This document shows positions 55,977-64,000 of a DNA stretch of 64,000 nt, in pieces. The stretch's first letter is position 1, and the number at the start of each line of letters is the position of its first letter. Origin of the DNA: a virus; IMG/VR virus record IMGVR_UViG_3300033273_000499, one strand, 5' to 3'. The notes beneath the pieces are model-generated. The model made no database searches. It was given only the letters and a program-made list of their open reading frames with translations, and had not been told where the DNA came from. The position numbers and the translations under genes are program-made.

Positions 55977-58900
55977 TCAGTTAGTGTCAAATGTTGTGGT
56001 GCTGCTATCGAAGGAAACAACAGGACTATCAAATGTGGATGGTAATGTTGGATATGAGAAACCAACATCAACTGTATTCAGTGCTTCTGCATTAGGTGCT
56101 GCATCTCTCTTGTCAACATCATAAATTAGTTTCTGTCCTGATTGGAAATTATGCTTTTCAATCTTGAAAGTATCAGTAGTTAAATCTACGGTAACTGCAT
56201 CGTTTGCTGCAAACTCTCTATAGAATAATGGGAATCCCTCTGTTTCTAATTTGAAAGTTGTTAGTCCAACGATTCCACCACCAATTGAACTGGTGAGACC
56301 AGTAAATTGACTACTGATATCATCAACTAGAATTACTTTATTTGACTTACTTAGAATAAAGGACTTGAGACTGACACCATCTGGGAAAATTACTCTCTCA
56401 ATAGAACCATCTGGGAGTGTTTCATCTTCAGTAACCATACTGAAGTTATTTCTACTGTACATTGAACCAACATTGTCAATGCTGATGTTAATGTTCAGTG
56501 AAGAATCACCAACACCGACTTTCATATTATTGGATGCCTTTCCAACAACATCTAAATCAGAGAATTCTTTGAATCCTGCTGGGTGAACTAGAGAACGTAC
56601 AGATTCTTTCCACTCATCATATGGAAGTTCAGACTTGATTGCATATGAGAACTTCTGATAGTATTCATTATCTGAAATTCTTTGCTGATAATCATTGAGA
56701 TAACCAGTTCTATCCTGGAAATCATTAATCTTTTCTCTTGTTACTGTCAGTCTTGATGTTAAGTTGAATTGATTTGAATTTTCAATAGTTCCAAACAATC
56801 TGGATCTGGTTCCAAGTAATTTGTTACCTGCTTCAAGGTCTCCCTTTGAATCTATGATTCTCAGTTGGTTGATGCGATTATCCCAACCACTCTCCATTAC
56901 CTTACCAGAGAATACAGCAACATTATTTGCATTGTATCCAACTACATCTTCACCAGATAAGTATGCAAGGTCATCTGCAAGGGTCATTTCAAAGTCTGCC
57001 ATTTTAGACTTGTTAATAACCATTCCATATCCATTATCTGTGTTGTATTCTCCCAAGTTTGTTCCAATATTATTCATACTATAGGTAACAGTAAAGTTGG
57101 ATGTACTAATACCAGTTACTTTAAAGAATCTATACCCATATTCGGAAGAATTGTAGTTTTCTTTTGTGTCCGCATCAGATATTCTGCAATTTTCAACAAA
57201 TATTTCGTCTCCAATCTTGAATGGGAAATCAACATATGTTGAACCTTGAGCATCAGTAATTAGAGGATAAATTTGGTTGTCAGCATTGACCAACTCTAGA
57301 GTTACATCATTAGTAGAACTGTTATAAACAATGTCATCAATGTCAAATCCATTAGAATTTCTTATCGGAACAACTCTTAGTGGTTCCGACAGATTGGTTA
57401 CATTCTGTATGATATTAACCTTAGAAACAGAACCACCTTCAATGATTGCCTGAAGTCGAATAAGGTCATTACCAATAACTTTCAATCTTGGTGGAGTATT
57501 GTATCCACTTCCACCTGTTGTTATACCAACACTTTCAACTCTAGCAATATCCTTAACTTGACATACAGTTGGTACACTTAGTACAGGGGCTAATGTTGGG
57601 TCTGTTGGGTAGTCAAATCCATCTTTGACTCTCTCTACAAAGTCAATTTGACCAACTTTTGTAGATGTTGCCTTCAGAATTGCATTTTTGCCAGATTGCG
57701 TGTCAATACTAGCAATTCTAGGTGTGCGTTTGTATCCTCTTCCTCCAAAATTGAGTTTTATCTTAGAAATTGGACCAGAAGCACTGGCAGAATCTGTATC
57801 ATAGAAAATTGTGCTAATTCCACTAGTTGCAGAGTATGAGAAATATTCTGGTTTATTAAGTAAGTTAAACTTAAATGATGTTGTTCCTGTTGATACAACT
57901 TTATAAGTATTATTGTAAATACTTGGTCTTAAAGTAATTTTATTGTTTCCAACAACTTCTTTATCGATAGAAATTTGGGTTTTCTCGATAATGTTTGCTG
58001 CGAATGGAATCAGGGCATAGAATAATGTGTTTGTAATATTCTCATCCGTAGTATCTACAGTAAGTAGAGCACCAGGACTTCCTGCATTTTTGGAATTTCT
58101 AATATATCTGTAAGATTCAAGTTCAATTAGTAAGTCACTATCCTTGAATAGTTTCAAATCCATGCCAGAAAGGGTTGTGTCTGACAAGTCAAACTTAAGA
58201 GAATTTCCCTTTGTACCAATTATAGGTGGATTAACCAGTGCTATTCCATGGTCACCAGTACTAGTACCAGTTATGCTAATTGCAGTTCCAGAAATAGCAT
58301 CAGAATAGAAATTAGCAAGTTTAATAAAATCTGGTTTTTCCTTAATTATGTAATATGTTCTGTTATCCTCTAGTCCAGGAAGAGCAGAATTTCCTTGTGC
58401 ATAGTATACAATTTTATCACCTGTTTTGAAATTGTTGTTTGCAAAGTGAATTTCATTATCAGAGACATAAACTCCAGTAGTACCATCAAATTCAATTAGT
58501 TCTGTTGTTGCTTTTCTGATAACAGTATCATATCTAAGTTTGAATGTATCACTTAACAGAGGTAATATGTTGAACTTAATTTTATCATCAGTAAGCAATT
58601 CATGAGGACTTATTGTAACAATATCAAGATTGAAACTCTCAACTTTACCAAGAACCTTATCGTATTTTGTTGATAATGAGTGTGCTGCTCCTGCTACTGG
58701 AGTGTCATCATAGAAAAATAGAGAATTTAAATTGGTTCCAATACCAGTTGAAGTTGTATATCCTAATGTTGATAGTCCAACGTAATTTGTTCCAAGATTA
58801 ACTGCATATACATCACTAGGAAGTTGGAATGTTTGATTTGGATCTGGTGTATCCGAAACTAATAAACTAGTTCCATCAACACCAGGTGCATACTTCAGAG

Positions 58901-61900
58901 GTTGACCAGTAAAGAAATTGTGTTGTTTAATGTATATTGCTCTTTCTGGAACATGTAAATTAGTTCCATCTTCTAGTGTATAATCACTTCCCTCTGAACC
59001 AAATCCAATCAGAGATTTTGATGGGAAATAAACAATTTTATTTTGTTTGATTGCAGAAGGTACAGAATCTTCATTGAATTCAAATTTGGTTGGGAGTAGT
59101 CTTACTGAATCTATTCCTACAGTATGAACACCAGTATTTGTTAATCTATGTACTGTAAATTGAGAATTTTTACTGTCTATTCTTAGAATTTTTAGTGTTT
59201 CATCACCAATAGCAATAAAGTCATCAACAAAGAATCCAGAAATATCATTTACACCAATAGTTGTTACATTTCCAGTTACAGGTTGTTGGTCAATATCACT
59301 TGATAGTCCAACAGTTTTTTGCGGAACAGCAATTCTCTTAATTCCATTAAATGAAGATGCGTATGTAGAATTAGAAATAGCAGATACATCAATACGTTCT
59401 CCAGTCAATAGTCCATGTGGAGTTTGTGCAATTCCAATTACAGTTTTACCAGAAGTCACAAAAGAAACATCATATGATGTGCTAATACCTATATCAATTG
59501 AAGCAACATCTTTTCCTCTGATTCTAGAAACAGCAGCAGAAGCACCAGAACCATCAGTATTTGCATTATCAAAAACAATGTTATCCTTTACCTTATATCC
59601 AGTTCCTGGAGCATAGATTTGAACAGAATCAATTTCTGAAGCAAGTGTTTTTGTAACAGTAAACTCTTGGAGATATTTTGGAGCATTATTACTAATTAAA
59701 TCATATGAAGAGAACTGAGAATTTACATAATAAGGTCCAATATTTCTAATTACATCGAGATTATCGAGACTACTTTGGGTGAATGTAGTCGCATAGTTGT
59801 CTGTAATAACATAATCTTTAAACTCATTACCAACTAAGTATGGGAACTCTGGGTTTGAGATTGCATTATTATCAATTGTTGAAAAATATGCATAAACACC
59901 ATCTGGAAACTCTGGTGTTTTGCAGAATCTACCATTATTTTCATCCAAATCACCAATTGCTCTGTCAAAGTAATAGTCTTGGAGGAAGAAACCATCGGAG
60001 AAACCAGGTGGTCTTAGGAGAGTATTTGGTTCAACTCTTTTTGCGTAACTGGACCTAACTCTTCTGAAATCAGAACCAACTTGTCCATATGGACCATAAA
60101 TTGGATTACCATCGTATGCCCAACCAACAATTGGAGAATGGACATTATTTGCTACTTCTCTATCAGAACTATCAATATGGTCATCTAGTGTTTTTCTGAT
60201 GATTTTTGGAGTATAGAAATTGACTAACTGCAATCCAAGGTCTTTATTTTTACTTGGTGCAATAATTCCTTCATCCGAAGTCTTTAAAAGTTCCTTATTC
60301 TTTTCGACTTGGTTAATTTTCCATTCAGTAACATTTCCGAGGAATCTTGCATCAATACCTCTTCTAACGATACTGATTTCAGTATCATCTTTACTATATC
60401 CAATACCACCATTTGCAATATTTACTGCAACAATGCGTCCATTTTCGACAACAGGTCTAATATCTGCGTAACTTCCCCTACCAGTGACTACAATATCAAT
60501 ACCTTTGTCATATCCACGTCCAAAAGTCAAGAACTGAACATCAACAATCGAACCATTTACAACAATGGGTCTCAATAATGCTTCAGATTCAATATTTGCT
60601 ATCTGAATATCTGGTCTTCTGTGGAAATTGATAATATTGGATACACCATACCCAACACCAGAATCTTCTAAGAAAACACTTTCAATTGAACCAAGAACAA
60701 TTGGTTCAAATTGTGGTTGAATTTCTGTGGTTGCACTAACACCAGAGAGACTTTCTACTTCTAATCGAATTGGTGGATACGAGAACGTATGTGTTCCAAT
60801 TCCAAGAGAGGATAGTCCAACATATCTTCTCTTGGTAAAGTTTACATCGATTTGTTGAGTACCAGTACCAAGTCCAGACAGTTTAAACTTATTATCATCC
60901 AGTACAGTCACCATATATTCGGTGGTTGTTGATAGTCCACCAATAGGAGTCTCTGTAGTTGAATATCTTACAATATCTTTGTTTTTAAAACTGTGATTAT
61001 GTGCATAAATGTAGTCGTCAAAAGTGTTTACACCATTTGTAGTACCATCAAATGCAATTACTGATGGAACTCTGGTAATTTTATTGGCATACCCAGTACC
61101 ACCATTTTTTACATAAAGTTGAGTAATGGTGTTCTTTGCATTTATAGTTGTAAATAAGTGAAAACCAGAACTAATACCAGATAAATTTATTTCATTAGTT
61201 CTATTATATGCATTTGTTTCCGACTCATATAGTTTGATTTGAGTAGGACTTAAAACACCAACAAAGTAGTTTGAATTTGTCTTTAATGGTTGAATTTCTG
61301 CATTACTATTTGCATTATATGTGACAATTTCACCATCATCAAATGTGTGGTTTTCTGGGAAAGTAATTATATTTGTTGCTGGGTTAATTCCACTACCATC
61401 ACCTTTAAATCCAGATTTAATTCTCTGTCTTACTAGGTTTGGTTCGACAACTGCACCAACTCCGTTTCCACCAACCAAAGTTATTTTTGGTTTTCTTTGA
61501 TATCCAACTCCTGGAGTAACAATCTTAACTGAATCTAGTGAACCACTAATGTTAAGATATCCCTTAGCATTTTTTCCACTCACATCACTAATAACAAGTT
61601 CTGGTGGATTGATTACATCATATCCACTACCAGGATTAGTTACTTGAATTGATTCAATTTTTCCATAGTAAACGTTCTCATCAAAAAGTGTTGAAGAGTA
61701 AATCTCAACACCATTGACTAATATACCAACTTGTCTATTATTTGTTGACCTGGACGCAACTTGCTTAAGACTGCTATCACCTTTAATAAGATTAAATTTC
61801 TTTAGAAGTAACTGATTTTCTACAGTTTTATTTTGAAAATCTAATTTTACAAAACTATCGTTGGTAACAGTGTCAAATTCTACGTACTTTCCAGAATACA

Positions 61901-63803
61901 AGTCACTCTTACTTAGTGATAGTTTTATCTTTTTACTATCCTTTACTGGACCTACTGTAGTAACATGGTAGATTCCAGTACGAATACCAGAGTTTACACC
62001 TGAGCTGTAATAAATTTGCTCACCAGTATAGAACTTGTGAACTCTGTCAGTATCTAATACGTTTGTTACACCAATACCAGAAGCAATGCTTGTATTTACT
62101 GTTTCGTGCTTTGCAAATAGTGTGTAATTTGGTGCACCAGATGCTGCTACATAAAAATTCTTACTATCCTTACTAATGTAAGTATTTTGAACTCCAACTG
62201 GAATATCATTTATTGATGGTGTGTGATTTGCATCACTCTTACCAGATATAACAATCTTCTTAAGTACAGTTTTATTCAGTACGTTCTGATTACAAGAAAC
62301 TTCAATGATATTTTTATCAATGATGCTCTCTACAGTACATGGTGTTTCTGGATCATTAGAAATATCTGGATTCCACAGAAGAAGGTCTTGGTCTAAGTAG
62401 AAAAGTACATTATCATATAACTCTACTCGGTAAACATTACCTGTACTAGAACCAGACTGAGATATACTCTTAATTTGATGATTTGTTCTTACATTGTATA
62501 TCCAGTTAGAAAACTCAGGTTCATCACCAAGTTCTGAACCAAATGAAGATAATCTAATTTTATCTCCAACAACTAAGTTTGAACTTTGGGAAGTATCGAC
62601 TTCACCAATTACGTTAATAAGTCTAAACTCTACCTTGTCTCCATTATCATCAAATGTATATACGAAGTTAGTTTCAAAAACTTCATCACCAACTTCTAAA
62701 TCAGCAGAAATTCCAGTTACTCCTCTAAGTTGAGTATTAGTTCTTGAAGTAAAAGATATTGTTTGATAACGACCTGAAGTATCTTTTGTGGTTAGAGTTC
62801 CTGAATCTGGAAAACCAATCGTATTATCAACATAAAGGATACTATCACCAACAGATGCTGCTCTTGATAAATTTGTTTTTTTAGTACTTTTAAATTCAGA
62901 GACGATAGATGTTGAATCTAAGTATACCTCATATAAATCTTTTTCATCAACAGGTCGGTACTCTATGGAATAAATTGCACCACTAGTTCCCTGCTCAACT
63001 TTGTTATCTTGAAATAATGTTTTTCCATTAAGCAAGAGAGGGTCAGAACCACTAACTTTTTCTAAGAGAACGTTTTGGGTAATAAAGAAATTATCATCAG
63101 ATGGTCTGAGTTGATAATCTTGTGGTTTGATTAAACTAATGTCCTCACCAAATAGAGCATAAAATAAAATTTTATATGACTGATCAGTTCCTTTCGATGA
63201 GTAGAAATCTACTGCTCTAGAAAGGATATTTCCTATCTTTAAATTCTGTAAAAAATTGCGATTTTCAAATCCAGGAAGGAACTGGGACTTAAACTTTGTA
63301 AATAATTCTTGATAAAAAACAAGACTTAGATTCTGTACTGTTGTACCTAAATTATGCTCTTCTGCAGCAGTCTCTGAAAAATTAAGGAAAGAAGAATCTA
63401 GTGATTTTTTGATGGTATCAATGCCACTAAATCCACGAGCGCATTCTTCAAAGGTGTTAGCGGTCTTATATTTGTAGTAAATTATTTCATCATCAATTTT
63501 TACAAGACCATCTCTTTCAGGAAATCCAATAGTATGAGATACTTTGATTGTTGAATCGAAAGCATAAGCCTCAGTCGTCAGCAAACTTGGAATTGCTTGA
63601 GTAAGAAACAATTCATTATTATAAGTTTTTAAATCTTTCAGTCTGTCAAGATTTGCAGCAAGATCTGCGATACCAGTTGGGTGCTCTTGAGAAATATAAT
63701 ACTGAGTTAAAAACTCCATGAACAGAGGTGACTCAGTGTTCAGGAATTCTGGAATCTGAGATTCAATAATGTTTTGAATCCTTACTCTGTTAAAATCTGA
63801 CAT
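55977..63803 (-). CDS. gp7: Baseplate wedge initiator gp7-like protein (N-terminal portion)
   Basis: RVRIQNIIESQIPEFL...FL.QYYISQE, FYSSKGTDQSYKILF.ALFG, DNEYYQKFSYAIKS...W...V.SLVHPAGFKEFSDL; directly after gp6. Confidence 0.8.
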   Translation of the reverse strand: MSDFNRVRIQNIIESQIPEFLNTESPLFMEFLTQYYISQEHPTGIADLAANLDRLKDLKTYNNELFLTQAIPSLLTTEAYAFDSTIKVSHTIGFPERDGLVKIDDEIIYYKYKTANTFEECARGFSGIDTIKKSLDSSFLNFSETAAEEHNLGTTVQNLSLVFYQELFTKFKSQFLPGFENRNFLQNLKIGNILSRAVDFYSSKGTDQSYKILFYALFGEDISLIKPQDYQLRPSDDNFFITQNVLLEKVSGSDPLLLNGKTLFQDNKVEQGTSGAIYSIEYRPVDEKDLYEVYLDSTSIVSEFKSTKKTNLSRAASVGDSILYVDNTIGFPDSGTLTTKDTSGRYQTISFTSRTNTQLRGVTGISADLEVGDEVFETNFVYTFDDNGDKVEFRLINVIGEVDTSQSSNLVVGDKIRLSSFGSELGDEPEFSNWIYNVRTNHQIKSISQSGSSTGNVYRVELYDNVLFYLDQDLLLWNPDISNDPETPCTVESIIDKNIIEVSCNQNVLNKTVLKKIVISGKSDANHTPSINDIPVGVQNTYISKDSKNFYVAASGAPNYTLFAKHETVNTSIASGIGVTNVLDTDRVHKFYTGEQIYYSSGVNSGIRTGIYHVTTVGPVKDSKKIKLSLSKSDLYSGKYVEFDTVTNDSFVKLDFQNKTVENQLLLKKFNLIKGDSSLKQVASRSTNNRQVGILVNGVEIYSSTLFDENVYYGKIESIQVTNPGSGYDVINPPELVISDVSGKNAKGYLNISGSLDSVKIVTPGVGYQRKPKITLVGGNGVGAVVEPNLVRQRIKSGFKGDGSGINPATNIITFPENHTFDDGEIVTYNANSNAEIQPLKTNSNYFVGVLSPTQIKLYESETNAYNRTNEINLSGISSGFHLFTTINAKNTITQLYVKNGGTGYANKITRVPSVIAFDGTTNGVNTFDDYIYAHNHSFKNKDIVRYSTTETPIGGLSTTTEYMVTVLDDNKFKLSGLGTGTQQIDVNFTKRRYVGLSSLGIGTHTFSYPPIRLEVESLSGVSATTEIQPQFEPIVLGSIESVFLEDSGVGYGVSNIINFHRRPDIQIANIESEALLRPIVVNGSIVDVQFLTFGRGYDKGIDIVVTGRGSYADIRPVVENGRIVAVNIANGGIGYSKDDTEISIVRRGIDARFLGNVTEWKINQVEKNKELLKTSDEGIIAPSKNKDLGLQLVNFYTPKIIRKTLDDHIDSSDREVANNVHSPIVGWAYDGNPIYGPYGQVGSDFRRVRSSYAKRVEPNTLLRPPGFSDGFFLQDYYFDRAIGDLDENNGRFCKTPEFPDGVYAYFSTIDNNAISNPEFPYLVGNEFKDYVITDNYATTFTQSSLDNLDVIRNIGPYYVNSQFSSYDLISNNAPKYLQEFTVTKTLASEIDSVQIYAPGTGYKVKDNIVFDNANTDGSGASAAVSRIRGKDVASIDIGISTSYDVSFVTSGKTVIGIAQTPHGLLTGERIDVSAISNSTYASSFNGIKRIAVPQKTVGLSSDIDQQPVTGNVTTIGVNDISGFFVDDFIAIGDETLKILRIDSKNSQFTVHRLTNTGVHTVGIDSVRLLPTKFEFNEDSVPSAIKQNKIVYFPSKSLIGFGSEGSDYTLEDGTNLHVPERAIYIKQHNFFTGQPLKYAPGVDGTSLLVSDTPDPNQTFQLPSDVYAVNLGTNYVGLSTLGYTTSTGIGTNLNSLFFYDDTPVAGAAHSLSTKYDKVLGKVESFNLDIVTISPHELLTDDKIKFNILPLLSDTFKLRYDTVIRKATTELIEFDGTTGVYVSDNEIHFANNNFKTGDKIVYYAQGNSALPGLEDNRTYYIIKEKPDFIKLANFYSDAISGTAISITGTSTGDHGIALVNPPIIGTKGNSLKFDLSDTTLSGMDLKLFKDSDLLIELESYRYIRNSKNAGSPGALLTVDTTDENITNTLFYALIPFAANIIEKTQISIDKEVVGNNKITLRPSIYNNTYKVVSTGTTSFKFNLLNKPEYFSYSATSGISTIFYDTDSASASGPISKIKLNFGGRGYKRTPRIASIDTQSGKNAILKATSTKVGQIDFVERVKDGFDYPTDPTLAPVLSVPTVCQVKDIARVESVGITTGGSGYNTPPRLKVIGNDLIRLQAIIEGGSVSKVNIIQNVTNLSEPLRVVPIRNSNGFDIDDIVYNSSTNDVTLELVNADNQIYPLITDAQGSTYVDFPFKIGDEIFVENCRISDADTKENYNSSEYGYRFFKVTGISTSNFTVTYSMNNIGTNLGEYNTDNGYGMVINKSKMADFEMTLADDLAYLSGEDVVGYNANNVAVFSGKVMESGWDNRINQLRIIDSKGDLEAGNKLLGTRSRLFGTIENSNQFNLTSRLTVTREKINDFQDRTGYLNDYQQRISDNEYYQKFSYAIKSELPYDEWKESVRSLVHPAGFKEFSDLDVVGKASNNMKVGVGDSSLNINISIDNVGSMYSRNNFSMVTEDETLPDGSIERVIFPDGVSLKSFILSKSNKVILVDDISSQFTGLTSSIGGGIVGLTTFKLETEGFPLFYREFAANDAVTVDLTTDTFKIEKHNFQSGQKLIYDVDKRDAAPNAEALNTVDVGFSYPTLPSTFDSPVVSFDSSTTTFDTN

Positions 63804-63804
63804 C

Positions 63805-64000
63805 TTATCTTGTATAATCTTGCGTGAAGTAGCTTGAAGTTACAATGTATTCAGTTGCGGAGGTGTTCTCACCAGAACTAATCTTGTCCTCAACCATGTT
63901 AACAACAAGGTTTTCAGTACTTAACTCTAAGTATATATCCTTCAATGCGATGACATCATTTGATGATGGAATTGCCTCTACTTCAATTCCATTCTCACTA
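63805..64000 (-). CDS. gp6: Baseplate wedge gp6, C-terminal end (partial)
   Basis: Manual translation ...IEVEAIPSSNDVIALKDIYLEL...ENTSATEYIVTSSYFTQDYTR*; stop 1 nt before the gp7 ATG. Confidence 0.75.
   Translation of the reverse strand, partial: SENGIEVEAIPSSNDVIALKDIYLELSTENLVVNMVEDKISSGENTSATEYIVTSSYFTQDYTR

Noticed and set aside
55977-63803. Inteins, introns or homing endonucleases in the giant ORFs
   Set aside because: No C/S...HN splice ends or LAGLIDADG/HNH/GIY-YIG motifs seen, and the reading frames are uninterrupted.
1-64000. tRNA or rRNA genes
   Set aside because: Intergenic gaps are at most about 110 nt and are occupied by promoters and terminators; no cloverleaf or GTTCRA T-loop in a suitable context was seen.

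Overview
The window is 64 kb of the late virion-structure region of a T4-like marine myovirus, most similar in gene style to cyanomyoviruses; the host is inferred, since no host-diagnostic gene is in the window. Almost everything is on the minus strand. In transcription order it runs: end of baseplate gp6, gp7-like (2608 aa), a three-gene fibre insert, a second gp7-like portion (1610 aa), gp8, a VrlC/DUF4815-like protein, small structural genes, a YadA-like repeat fibre, a subtilisin-like S8 protease, a 1918-aa repeat protein, and further fibre/adaptor genes. It continues with three tandem Cys/Gly-rich adhesin-like paralogs, two tail-fibre-chaperone-like paralogs, a coupled sugar operon (GT9-like glycosyltransferase, carbamoyltransferase, heptose nucleotidyltransferase, heptose kinase, HAD phosphatase, cupin) with an inverted HldD epimerase, two more structural proteins, and neck gp13 and gp14. 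The best candidate for an undescribed system is 8.5-19 kb: a nearly self-contained NDP-heptose synthesis, transfer and carbamoylation pathway next to Cys-rich adhesin-like genes. It lacks a GmhA (the cupin may replace it) and its nucleotidyltransferase carries an R(-5) STT-type motif. I read it as a possible virion-protein glycosylation system, but host-surface or DNA modification are not excluded. No tRNA, CRISPR array, reverse transcriptase, intein or homing endonuclease was recognised. All family assignments come from motif recognition by eye, with no database searches.
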